Shown: piece by piece, positions 8,942-17,887 of the stretch | How the letters are laid out: each line of letters opens with the position of its first letter | Position numbering within the stretch: the stretch's first letter is position 1 | Notes under the pieces: model-generated | What the model was told of the DNA's origin: nothing | The model's input: only the letters and a program-made list of their open reading frames with translations | Databases searched by the model: none | Program-made: the position numbers and the translations under genes | Source of the DNA: Candidatus Segetimicrobium genomatis | GTDB lineage: Bacteria; Sysuimicrobiota; Sysuimicrobiia; Sysuimicrobiales; Segetimicrobiaceae | Assembly (NCBI GenBank): GCA_005883865.1 | Contig: VBAO01000001.1 | Span: forward strand, 1-27,242 | Direction: 5' to 3' | DNA length: 27,242 nucleotides

Positions 8942-9915
8942 GACACGTCTACGTCACGGGCGCTCGGCAAAGGAAGACACCCGAGGAAGAGTGGACGCTC
9001 TACGAGAGGGCGCTGCTCATTCGGGTCGACACGCAGACCAGTACCTCTGAGCCGTGCGTCGATTACGTCAGCCCGGCGGCCGCCTCGGTCGCCGGCCGCG
9101 CTTCCTATCTCTTCAAGTCTGGCACGATCAAGGGTCAGCGGTTGTACGTGTGTACGTCGACGGAAGTACTGATCTACGAGGTTCCGGGCTTCCGGCGGCT
9201 CGGCTACATTTCCTTGCCCTGCTTCAACGATCTCCACCACGTCTGTCCGTCACGGGATGGAACCGTGTTCGTCGTCAATACCGGCCTCGACATGGTCGTG
9301 GAAGTCTCGGCGGAGGGACGAGTGCTCCGCGAGTGGAGCGTCGTCGGCGAAGACCCCTGGGAACGTTTCTCCCGAGCGATCGACTATCGGAAGGTGCCGA
9401 CCACCAAGCCGCACAAATCCCATCCCAACTTCGTGTTTGAGCTCGGCGCCGACCTGTGGGTGACGCGCGCGATGCAGGGGGACGCGGTGTGTCTGACACG
9501 TCCAGACCGGCGGATCTGGATCGGCCCCGAGCTTGTCCATGACGGCCATCTCCATGGCGACCGGATCTACTTCACGACCGTGGATGGCACCCTCGTCATC
9601 GTAGGTCGGGACTCGCTGCGAATCGAGGAGGTCATCGACCTGAAGATGGTCGACAACACAGCGAAAGCGCTGCTCGGCTGGTGTCGAGGGGTCTTGGTGC
9701 TTGACGACCGACGGGTCTGGGTCTCCTTCACCCGCGTTCGCAAGACGACCTTCAAAGAGAACATCAAGTGGGTCAAACGCGTTCGCGGAGAGGTCGAAAA
9801 GCCGACCCACATGGCGCTGTACGACATCCACGCCAAGAAGATTCTCAACGAAATCAACTTAGAGAAGCACGGGCTCAATGTGGTCTTCAGCGTGCTGCCG
9901 GCCGTGAGCCCGTGA
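8938..9915 (+). CDS. Uncharacterised beta-propeller-like protein; candidate aryl-sulfotransferase (ASST)/DUF4915-like enzyme
   Basis: ATGA overlap upstream and GTGA-type junction downstream support a real gene. Repeated beta-strand blocks; motifs NDLHH, SHPN...VTR, VHDG, GWCRG. No signal peptide by eye. CDS is well supported; function is inferred. Confidence 0.6.
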   Translation: MRHVYVTGARQRKTPEEEWTLYERALLIRVDTQTSTSEPCVDYVSPAAASVAGRASYLFKSGTIKGQRLYVCTSTEVLIYEVPGFRRLGYISLPCFNDLHHVCPSRDGTVFVVNTGLDMVVEVSAEGRVLREWSVVGEDPWERFSRAIDYRKVPTTKPHKSHPNFVFELGADLWVTRAMQGDAVCLTRPDRRIWIGPELVHDGHLHGDRIYFTTVDGTLVIVGRDSLRIEEVIDLKMVDNTAKALLGWCRGVLVLDDRRVWVSFTRVRKTTFKENIKWVKRVRGEVEKPTHMALYDIHAKKILNEINLEKHGLNVVFSVLPAVSP

Positions 9916-9920
9916 AGGAG
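9915..9920 (+). promoter_or_regulatory. Shine-Dalgarno (AAGGAG) for cysD
   Basis: AAGGAG lies 9 nt upstream of an in-frame TTG at 9930 that gives [10 protein letters not shown]. Confidence 0.6.
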
Positions 9921-9929
9921 ATACGTCGC

Positions 9930-10730
9930 TTGGACCATCTCGACGAGCTCGAATCCCAGAGCCTCTACATTCTCCGTGAGGCCCGCGCCAAGATTCCCCG
10001 CCTGGCCATGCTGTGGTCAATGGGGAAAGACTCGACCGTTCTCCTCTGGCTGACGCGGAAGGCCTTTTTCGGTCACATTCCCTATCCGCTGATTCACATC
10101 GACACGAGCTACAAGATCCCCGAGATGATCCAGTATCGCGACCGCCTCGCGCGTGAGCTCGGTTTTCAGTTGATCATCGGACAGAACACCCGCGCGCTGG
10201 CCGACGGCATGAATCACACGCGCGGCCGGCTGGTCTGCTGCACCGCGCTCAAGACGGAGGCCCTGCAGCAGGTCATCGAGCAACACCAGTTCACGGCCAT
10301 CATCGTCGGCATCCGACGCGACGAGGAGGGCTCGCGGGCCAAGGAGCGTGTCTTCAGTCAACGGAGCCGGAAGGCTGAGTGGGATATCGTCGACCAGCCG
10401 CCCGAGTTCTGGGATCAGTACCGGACGGACTTTCCGCCTGGCGAACACGTCCGCGTGCATCCGCTTCTGCACTGGACCGAGCTCGATGTCTGGCGCTACA
10501 TCGAGCGTGAGCAGATCCCCGTCATCGATCTCTACTTCGCTCGCGAGGGACGCCGCTACCGCAGTCTTGGATGCGCGCCCTGCACCGCCTCATGCGTGTC
10601 CGAGGCCCGGTCCGTGCCCGACATCGTCGCCGAGCTGCTCACCACGAGCACCAGCGAACGGTCGGGCCGTGCGCAGGATCAAGAGCACGTGCACGCGATG
10701 GAAAAGCTGCGAGTGAAAGGATACATGTGA
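9930..10730 (+). CDS. cysD: Sulfate adenylyltransferase subunit 2 (short form); alternative start GTG 9912
   Basis: [24 protein letters not shown]-loop, [56 protein letters not shown], terminal [10 protein letters not shown]; abuts cysN by TGATG. Confidence 0.93.
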   Translation: MDHLDELESQSLYILREARAKIPRLAMLWSMGKDSTVLLWLTRKAFFGHIPYPLIHIDTSYKIPEMIQYRDRLARELGFQLIIGQNTRALADGMNHTRGRLVCCTALKTEALQQVIEQHQFTAIIVGIRRDEEGSRAKERVFSQRSRKAEWDIVDQPPEFWDQYRTDFPPGEHVRVHPLLHWTELDVWRYIEREQIPVIDLYFAREGRRYRSLGCAPCTASCVSEARSVPDIVAELLTTSTSERSGRAQDQEHVHAMEKLRVKGYM

Positions 10731-13171
10731 TGCCAGGGCTCGCGTTCGTGGTGGTGGGGCACGTCGATCACGGCAAGTCCACGCTCGTCGGGCGGTTGCT
10801 GGCGGACACCGGGTCCCTCCAACCGGGCCGTATCGAAAAGGCCCGACGCATCTGTGAGGAGCGACGCCGGCCATTCGAGTACGCCTTCCTCCTGGACGCC
10901 CTCGAGGAAGAGCAACTCCAGGGCGTCACCATCGATATGACGGAGGCGCGGTTCCATTGGCGAGATCGCGACTACCTCGTCATCGACGCACCCGGCCATC
11001 AAGAATTTGTCAGGAACATGATCACGGGTGCGGCGCACGCCGATGCGGCGCTTCTGCTGGTGGATGCGAAGGAGGGTGTACAGGAGCAATCGTGCCGTCA
11101 TGCCTATCTCCTCAGCTTCCTGGGCATCAAGCACGTCGCTGTCGTGGTCAGTAAGATGGACCTCGTCGATTGGTCCCAGACGGCCTTCAATCGACTCGTC
11201 GATGACTACGCGCCAGTCCTGGCGAGACTCAAGCTTCATCCACTCGGGTTCATCCCCGTCTCCGCCAAAGAGGGCGACAACCTGATCAGCCGCTCGGCGT
11301 GCTCGCCCTGGTATCAAGGGCCGTCGGTCGTTGAAGTCTTGGGAGCCTTCCCCCGTGGGGCGGAGGGCGCCGCCGGGCCGGTACGAATTCCGGTCCAGGA
11401 CGTGTACAAGTTCGACGAGCGTCGCATTATCGTTGGCCGACTCGAAAGCGGCCGGCTGCAGCTCAATGACGAGGTCCAGGTGTGGCCGTCCGGACAACGG
11501 GCTCGCGTGAGTTCCTGCGAAGGCTGGCCCGGGACGGCAGCGACGCCGAGCGTCCTTGAAACACGACAGCCGGTCGGGCTCGTGCTCGATCGCCCGCTCT
11601 TCATCCAGCGCGGCGATGTCCTGGCCGACCCGGGAAGTCCCCCGCAGGTCTCCAGCCTGGTTGCCGCGAACGTCTTCTGGCTCGGGCGGACGCCGCTGGT
11701 CTTGGGTCACGAATACAAACTCAAGCTCACGACGGCGGAGCGGACGGTCGACGTGTTCAGCATCGCGCGGGTGATGGATGTGGCGTCCATGCACGTCGAG
11801 CACGGACGGTCGCAGATTCGCCAGCACGAGGCCGGCGAGGTCGTCTTCCGCGCGACGCGGCCGCTCGTGTTCGACCCGGCGGCCGACGTTCCCAACACCG
11901 GCCGCTTTGTGATCCTCGACGGTTATGAGGTCGTGGGCGGGGGGATCATTCTGGAAGCGGAAGAGGTGTATCGGCGGTCCTACCGCGACGGCCTGCCGAA
12001 GAGCATAGGCATCTCTCCCATCCAGGCCGAGGTGACAAGCGCTCATCGTGTCGTCGCGTATGGCCACAAGAGTCACGTCATCTGGCTGACGGGGGTGCCC
12101 GGTGTCGGCAAGAGCACACTGGCCCGCTATCTGGAAGGGGAGCTGTTCCAGCGCCAGGTGAAGACGTTTGTTCTCGATGGAGAGAACCTCCGCTTTGGAC
12201 TGAGCGCGGATCTCGGTTTCACGGACGCGGACCGCTCGGAGCAGGCACGTCGCGCCGGTGAGGTCGCGCGGTTGTTCCAGCTCGCGGGCTTGGTCGTGAT
12301 CGTGGCTCTGGTCAGTCCGTTCGGCGCGGACCGGCAGTATGCACGGACGCTGGTCGGTGACGAGAACTTCACGCTGATCCACCTTGATGCACCGCTGACG
12401 ATCCTCCGCGAACGTGATCCGCACGGCCTCTATTCGCGGGTCGCGGGCGGCGCCAACCTTGCCGTGCCGGGCCTCAATTCGCCGTACGAGGCCCCCCTCA
12501 CGCCGACCCTGCACATCGACACGGGCGGCGAGTCCGTCGAACGCGCGGGGGCTCGCATTCTCGAGCTGGTGCTGCCGAAACTCGCCGGGATCCCTGCGCC
12601 CTCGGCGGCATCGAGTCGGGCGCCGGAGCGGGGTTTTTGCGTATGGTTGACGGGCCTCAGCGGGGCGGGCAAATCGACGATCGCCGAGGTCGTGCGGGCG
12701 CGTCTCACGGCGCGAGGGCGCGAAGTGACGCTCCTCGACGGCGATGTCGTCCGCACCCACCTGTCGCAGGGGCTCGGCTTCAGTCGGGCGGACCGCGACA
12801 CGAACGTCCGACGGATCGCCTTCGTCGCCGCTGAAGTCGTCCGCCACGGCGGAATCGCAGTCTGCGCGGTCGTCAGCCCCTACGAAGCGACCCGCGAGGA
12901 GTGCCGGAGCATGATCGGGACGGATCGGTTTGTCTTGGTCCACGTGAGCACCCCCCTGGCCGTCTGCGAGCAACGCGATCCGAAGGGGATGTACGCGCGC
13001 GCGCGGCGGGGCGAGATCCGCGACTTCACGGGGATCGACGACCCCTATGAGCCGCCCGCGGCGCCCGACCTCGTGCTGACGACGACCGATTCCACGCCCG
13101 ACGCCAACGTCCAGATGACGCTCGCGTATCTCGAGCGCCGGGGCCTGCTCTCCCCATCCCGTGAATCATAA
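10730..13171 (+). CDS. cysNC: Sulfate adenylyltransferase subunit 1 fused to two tandem adenylyl-sulfate kinase domains (CysN-CysC-CysC)
   Basis: G-domain GHVDHGKST, QGVTID, DAPGH, SKMD; EF-Tu-like domains II/III (RIPVQDVYKFDERRIIVGR, TGRFVILD). APS kinase 1: WLTGVPGVGKST...LDGENLR. APS kinase 2: WLTGLSGAGKST...LDGDVVR...RDPKGMY...FTGIDDPYE. Confidence 0.92.
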   Translation: MPGLAFVVVGHVDHGKSTLVGRLLADTGSLQPGRIEKARRICEERRRPFEYAFLLDALEEEQLQGVTIDMTEARFHWRDRDYLVIDAPGHQEFVRNMITGAAHADAALLLVDAKEGVQEQSCRHAYLLSFLGIKHVAVVVSKMDLVDWSQTAFNRLVDDYAPVLARLKLHPLGFIPVSAKEGDNLISRSACSPWYQGPSVVEVLGAFPRGAEGAAGPVRIPVQDVYKFDERRIIVGRLESGRLQLNDEVQVWPSGQRARVSSCEGWPGTAATPSVLETRQPVGLVLDRPLFIQRGDVLADPGSPPQVSSLVAANVFWLGRTPLVLGHEYKLKLTTAERTVDVFSIARVMDVASMHVEHGRSQIRQHEAGEVVFRATRPLVFDPAADVPNTGRFVILDGYEVVGGGIILEAEEVYRRSYRDGLPKSIGISPIQAEVTSAHRVVAYGHKSHVIWLTGVPGVGKSTLARYLEGELFQRQVKTFVLDGENLRFGLSADLGFTDADRSEQARRAGEVARLFQLAGLVVIVALVSPFGADRQYARTLVGDENFTLIHLDAPLTILRERDPHGLYSRVAGGANLAVPGLNSPYEAPLTPTLHIDTGGESVERAGARILELVLPKLAGIPAPSAASSRAPERGFCVWLTGLSGAGKSTIAEVVRARLTARGREVTLLDGDVVRTHLSQGLGFSRADRDTNVRRIAFVAAEVVRHGGIAVCAVVSPYEATREECRSMIGTDRFVLVHVSTPLAVCEQRDPKGMYARARRGEIRDFTGIDDPYEPPAAPDLVLTTTDSTPDANVQMTLAYLERRGLLSPSRES

Positions 13172-14687
13172 GGCCCTCGTCCTCAGAAACGTCGGCTCCA
13201 ACTGGGTGGGGCTCGGCGTGACCGTCGCGGTCGGATTTTTCCTATCGCCCTTCATCCTGCACACACTCGGCAACGATGCCTTTGGACTCTGGGTCCTGGT
13301 CTTTTCGATCACCGGCTATTACGGGCTCTTCGACCTGGGCATTCGCTCGTCGATCATCAAGTACGTCGCGAAGTACGCGGCGATCCGTGACTACGACGGG
13401 CTCGCCCGGCTGGTCAATACGAGCCTCTGTAGCTACGGCGGCGTGGCGGCCGTTCTGCTCGTCGTCACCGGCGTCGGTGCCTGGTACGTCGATTCGATCT
13501 TTCGCGTCCCGCCCGCGTTTCTCCAGACGGCACGGCTGTTGTTCGTGATGGTGGGCGCGGCACTCGCCCTTGGCTTTCCGATGAGCGTCTTCAAGGGCGT
13601 GCTCCAGGGGCTCCAGGAGTTTCACTGGCTGAACCTGACGCAGATCGTCTGCGACCTACTGCGGGCGCTCTTGATCGTGATCGCGCTGAGCCACGGGCGG
13701 GGGCTGTTGACCGTCGCGCTCATCACGGTCGCGCTGCCACTCCTCGCCTCGTGTGTGCACGTGCTGATCGTTCGGCGGCGCATCCCCATTTCGTTCGGCC
13801 TACACTACGTTCACCGGGCGTCCTTCCACCAAATGATCAGTTACGGCGCGGTCACCTTCATGATCATGGTGGCCGACCAGCTGCGGTTCGCCTCCGACGC
13901 CATCGTGATCGGGATCTTTCTCTCGGTGTCGGCGGTCACCTACTTTTCGATCGCGGCGAAGCTCGTCGACTACGCGAATAACGTGGTGGACAGCATGGCC
14001 GAAACCTTCCTGCCCCTGTCGAGCCGGTTCGACGCGACCGGCGACCTGAGCCGGATGCGCCGGCTCTTCATCGACGGCAACCGGGCATGCGCGATCGTGC
14101 TCTTTCCGATCTGCGCCATGCTCATCGTTCGAGGCCGGTCCATCATCGACGTCTGGGTCGGTCCTGAATACGAGTCGAGTTACGTGATCCTGGTTCTCCT
14201 GATCGTGTCGAGGACCGCGTATCGGGCCCAAGGGGCGTCCAACCGGATCCTGTTCGGCATGGCCCGCCACAAGCCTTTGGGCCTCGCCGTCCTCGCGGAA
14301 GGTGCCGCCAACCTCGTGCTCAGTATCCTCCTGGTCCGCCATTTCGGCATCGTGGGGGTCGCCCTCGGGACGGCGATCCCGCTGCTGTGTCTGAGCCTAT
14401 TCTTTCTGCCGTACTATCCCTGTCGCCTTCTCGGGGTCCGGTTGCGTGACTTCGTGCGCCACGCCTACGTGCCCGCCCTCGCCCTCTGCGTGCCGCTGGT
14501 CGCGGCGCTGCTCGTGATGGAGCGCCTCTTCGACGCTCGGACCTACCTCGAGCTCGGAGCGCAGTTGCTGGCGGCGGGCACGGTCTACGGCGCGGGCGTG
14601 GTGTGGTTCCTCGCGCTCAAGCAGCCGATCCACATGACGTTGAAGCGGCAGTTCACGAATCTGGTCCAGCAGGCCTTGAGTCGTTGA
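13161..14687 (+). CDS. wzx: Wzx-type polysaccharide flippase (PST/MOP superfamily)
   Basis: 508 aa, many TM helices; NVGSNW...FFLSPFILHTLG..AFGLW, GLFDLG...IIKYVA, DAIVIGIFL....VTYFSIA, RHFGIVGVALGT. Confidence 0.88.
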   Translation: MNHKALVLRNVGSNWVGLGVTVAVGFFLSPFILHTLGNDAFGLWVLVFSITGYYGLFDLGIRSSIIKYVAKYAAIRDYDGLARLVNTSLCSYGGVAAVLLVVTGVGAWYVDSIFRVPPAFLQTARLLFVMVGAALALGFPMSVFKGVLQGLQEFHWLNLTQIVCDLLRALLIVIALSHGRGLLTVALITVALPLLASCVHVLIVRRRIPISFGLHYVHRASFHQMISYGAVTFMIMVADQLRFASDAIVIGIFLSVSAVTYFSIAAKLVDYANNVVDSMAETFLPLSSRFDATGDLSRMRRLFIDGNRACAIVLFPICAMLIVRGRSIIDVWVGPEYESSYVILVLLIVSRTAYRAQGASNRILFGMARHKPLGLAVLAEGAANLVLSILLVRHFGIVGVALGTAIPLLCLSLFFLPYYPCRLLGVRLRDFVRHAYVPALALCVPLVAALLVMERLFDARTYLELGAQLLAAGTVYGAGVVWFLALKQPIHMTLKRQFTNLVQQALSR

Positions 14688-14715
14688 CCGGGGCCCGGGT
14701 CGGACTCGCGTAGAC

Positions 14716-15579
14716 ATGACTGAAGAGCTGAGCGTCCTCGTGCTCATCACGCTGGCGGCCGCCGTCGTCAACGGCGCCCTCGGGCATGGCTTCTCCTCTA
14801 TTACCGTTCCCGTCGCGTTGCTCTTCTATACGAGCCGGATCCTGAATCCGGCGCTCGTCCTTCTGGAAGTCTGCATCAACACCGCCATCGTGCTGATGAG
14901 CCGATCGTCCCTGCCCGGGGTCGGTAAACGTGTCGTCCCGATCGTGCTCGGCCTGGTTCCCGGGATTGTGCTGGGCTCGCTGCTGCTGCCCAGGATCAAC
15001 GCCGAGTGGCTGAAACTCTTCGTCTATGCCCTTCTCCTGCCACTGATCCTGTTGCAGGCCGGCGGAATCCGGAAACCCGTCAGGCTGACGCCGACGGTCG
15101 GGGCGCCGTTCGGAACGAGCCTCGGAATTCTCTATTCGCTGACGACCATCTCTGGCCCACCGCTCGCCCTGCTGTTCAACGGCCAGGGACTCGCGAAACG
15201 CGACTTTCGAGCGGCGATCGGACTGATTCGCGTCGCCGAGTCGACGCTGACGGCCATCGCCTACTATCACCTCGGACTCTATACGGCGCCCAGCCTCCAG
15301 GTTCTGGCCTGGATCGCGCCGAGCGTGGCGGTCGGTCTGCCCATCGGCGCGCTGCTGATCCAGCGCCTCGATGCCGAAGTGTTCCGGAGACTCTGCATGA
15401 GCTTCGACGCCTGGATCGTCGGATTCGGTCTCTCGAAGGTTCTCGTGACCCTCGGTTTAGTCCTCAGCCCCTGGGCCTATCTTGTCTGGACTCTCGTGGT
15501 GATCCTCGATCTGGCCCTGCTCACCGCGTTCTTTGGCGGGCGCCGCCTCGCGCCCTCATTGAGCCCAATTCAAGAATAG
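14716..15579 (+). CDS. Sulfite exporter TauE/SafE (TSUP) family permease
   Basis: About 8 TM helices; internally duplicated halves AAAVVNGALGHGFSSITVP and GILYSLTTISGPPLALLF. Confidence 0.8.
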   Translation: MTEELSVLVLITLAAAVVNGALGHGFSSITVPVALLFYTSRILNPALVLLEVCINTAIVLMSRSSLPGVGKRVVPIVLGLVPGIVLGSLLLPRINAEWLKLFVYALLLPLILLQAGGIRKPVRLTPTVGAPFGTSLGILYSLTTISGPPLALLFNGQGLAKRDFRAAIGLIRVAESTLTAIAYYHLGLYTAPSLQVLAWIAPSVAVGLPIGALLIQRLDAEVFRRLCMSFDAWIVGFGLSKVLVTLGLVLSPWAYLVWTLVVILDLALLTAFFGGRRLAPSLSPIQE

Positions 15580-16773
15580 ATGGGGACCGACGTCTCGCTC
15601 CAGGCCGATCCAGGCGTCGCCGGGCCAGCGACCGGCTGGCTCCCGCGCGATGCCGCGTGGAGTGACTCGCGCCCGGCGATTCTGCTCATGGGCGACTCCC
15701 TCGACCGCGGCGGGACGGAGGGGCAGTTTGTCGAGATCGCGACCAGGCTGGACCGATCGAAGTGGAACGTGCACGTGAGCTGCCTCCGCGCCGAAGGGCC
15801 GTTGCGCGCGCGGCTCGAGCAGGCCGGCGTTCGAGCGTGGAGTTGCGGGCGAGGTTCCCTCAAATCCCCCTCGGTCCTGGCGGCCATCTGGGAGCTTGCC
15901 CGCTCCCTGCGCCGGTCGAGAATCCGCCTCGTCCATTCCTTTGATTTCTATAGCAATATCTTGGGCGTTCTCGCGGCGCGCCTTGCCAGGGTTCCGGCCG
16001 TCATCGCGAGCCAGCGGGACCTTGGTGATCTGCGACGGTGGCCGGATCGCCGAGTGCACTCCATCATGCTCCGACTGGCCGACCGTGTCCTCGTCAACTC
16101 CCAAGCCGTGGCCGACCGGCTGACCGCCCACCGGGCGCTCGCGCGACGTATCGTTCTGGTTCCCAACGGGGTGGACCTCGTCCGATTCTCGCCTCCGGCG
16201 GGCCCAACGGGGGGCCGCTCGGGGGGCGTCACGGTCGGGACCTTGGCGAACCTGCGCGCGGAGAAAGGACTCGCGGACTTTGTGGAAGCCGCGGCCCTCG
16301 TCCGTGAGCGGTGCCCGGACGTGCGCTTCGTGGTCTGGGGCGAGGGACCTCAGCGACCGCATCTCGAGCGGTTGGTCGCCGAGCGTGGCGTCGGCGGCGC
16401 CGTGGAGCTGCGGGGTTCGACGGCTGAACCCGAGGTTGAGCTGCGCAAGCTCGATATCTTCGTGCTCCCCTCGCTCAGCGAGGCGTGCTCCAACGGGTTG
16501 CTCGAAGCGATGGCGACCGGGCTTCCGGTCGTGACGACGAACGTCGGCGGGAACGCCTCGCTCGTGGAGGACGAGGTCACCGGGCTGCTGGTGCCGCCCG
16601 GCGACTCGCGGTCGATCGCCGAAGCGATTGTCAGACTGATCCAGAGGCCTGCGTTTGCGGCGGAGCTCGCGGCGCGCGGACGGGATCGGCTCCAGGCGAC
16701 GTTCGGCATGGACCGCATGGTCGCTCGTGTCGAGGCCCTCTATGACGGGACGCTCGCCGGCAGTGGCGGCTGA
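15580..16773 (+). CDS. Glycosyltransferase family 4 (GT-B)
   Basis: GGTEGQ, VHSFDFYSN, LVPNGVD, NLRAEKG, DIFVLPSLSEACSNGLLEAMATGLPVV (EX7E), GLLVPPGD. Confidence 0.92.
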   Translation: MGTDVSLQADPGVAGPATGWLPRDAAWSDSRPAILLMGDSLDRGGTEGQFVEIATRLDRSKWNVHVSCLRAEGPLRARLEQAGVRAWSCGRGSLKSPSVLAAIWELARSLRRSRIRLVHSFDFYSNILGVLAARLARVPAVIASQRDLGDLRRWPDRRVHSIMLRLADRVLVNSQAVADRLTAHRALARRIVLVPNGVDLVRFSPPAGPTGGRSGGVTVGTLANLRAEKGLADFVEAAALVRERCPDVRFVVWGEGPQRPHLERLVAERGVGGAVELRGSTAEPEVELRKLDIFVLPSLSEACSNGLLEAMATGLPVVTTNVGGNASLVEDEVTGLLVPPGDSRSIAEAIVRLIQRPAFAAELAARGRDRLQATFGMDRMVARVEALYDGTLAGSGG

Positions 16774-16822
16774 CGCCACCCGGGCTCGCCGACGGCGTGA
16801 TCGTCGCGGCCCGCGGAGCGGG

Positions 16823-17887
16823 ATGCGCTTGAGGATCGCGGTGGTCGCCGCTGGTCTGGAGATCGTGGGGGGCCAATCGGTTCAGGCGCGGGCGCTGACC
16901 GACGGCCTGCGAAGTGACGGGTACGATGTCGTATTCATTCCCATCAACCGACCCTTCCCGACGGGGCTCCGTTGGCTGCGGCGCTACCGGTACGTCCGCA
17001 CGGTGCTGAATCAATCCCTCTATCTCCAGAGCCTGCTCCGTCTCCGTGGCGCCGATGTCGTTCACATCTTCTCCGCCTCCTACTGGTCGTTTGTGCTCGC
17101 CCCCGTGCCCGCGATTCTGGCCGCGCGCGCACTCGGGAAGCGGACCGTGCTGCACTATCACAGCGGGGAGGCGGAGACTCACCTGGCACACTGGGGCCAC
17201 CTCGTGCACCCCTGGTTGCGTTTGGCGGACGAGCTTGTCGTTCCGTCCGACTACCTGCGCGCCGCGTTCGCGCACCACGGGTATCACGCCCGGGTCATCC
17301 CCAACGTCGTGGACGCGTCGCGCTTCCGCTATCGGGAGCGATCGCCACTGCGGCCCCGACTCCTCTCCACACGCAACCTCGAGTCCTACTATCGCGTCGA
17401 CAATACGCTCGAGGCCTTCGCCCTCGTTCGGGCCCGGCACCGGGAGGCGACGCTGACCATCGCTGGGTCCGGAAGCGAAGAGCCACGGTTGCGTCGGCTG
17501 GCCGCATCGTTGGGATCCCACGGCATCCGCTTCGTGGGTCGGGTGGAGCCCGCGGCCATGGCCGACCTCTGTGAGCAAGCCGATATCTTCGTCAACTCCT
17601 CGGTCGTCGACAACCAGCCCGTGTCGGTGCTGGAGGCGTTCGCGGCGGGGCTCCCCGTCGTCTCGACCCCAACCGGCGATCTCGCGGCCCTGGTCCGCGA
17701 CGGCGACACCGGCCTGATCGTTCCCGCCGGGGACCCGCCGGCGATGGCCAAGGCGGTCGTGTCGCTCCTCGATCATCCGGAGTGCGCGCAGCGCATGGCC
17801 CGGCGGGCGCACGGCACGGTCGAGGCCTACAGCTGGCCGCGCGTGCGCGAGCAATGGGCCGCGGTGTATTCGGGAGCGACGGCATGA
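16823..17887 (+). CDS. Glycosyltransferase family 4 (GT-B)
   Basis: MRLRIAVV...GGQSVQA, VIPNVVD, DIFVNSSVVDNQPVSVLEAFAAGLPVVST (DX7E), TGLIVPAGD. Start could be slightly upstream. Confidence 0.9.
   Translation: MRLRIAVVAAGLEIVGGQSVQARALTDGLRSDGYDVVFIPINRPFPTGLRWLRRYRYVRTVLNQSLYLQSLLRLRGADVVHIFSASYWSFVLAPVPAILAARALGKRTVLHYHSGEAETHLAHWGHLVHPWLRLADELVVPSDYLRAAFAHHGYHARVIPNVVDASRFRYRERSPLRPRLLSTRNLESYYRVDNTLEAFALVRARHREATLTIAGSGSEEPRLRRLAASLGSHGIRFVGRVEPAAMADLCEQADIFVNSSVVDNQPVSVLEAFAAGLPVVSTPTGDLAALVRDGDTGLIVPAGDPPAMAKAVVSLLDHPECAQRMARRAHGTVEAYSWPRVREQWAAVYSGATA

Noticed and set aside
10679-12973. 764-aa minus-strand ORF, plus other long antisense ORFs (1095..2066, 15556..16779, 16631..17854, 20085..21632, 24277..25659)
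   Set aside because: Each lies opposite a motif-supported + strand gene and has no recognisable motif; long shadow ORFs are expected in high-GC coding DNA.
9930-13171. cysD/cysNC as an ordinary assimilatory sulfate-reduction operon
   Set aside because: No cysH, sulfite reductase, siroheme synthase or cysteine synthase in the window, and the genes are coupled between EPS genes. Shared use with assimilation elsewhere in the genome is not excluded.
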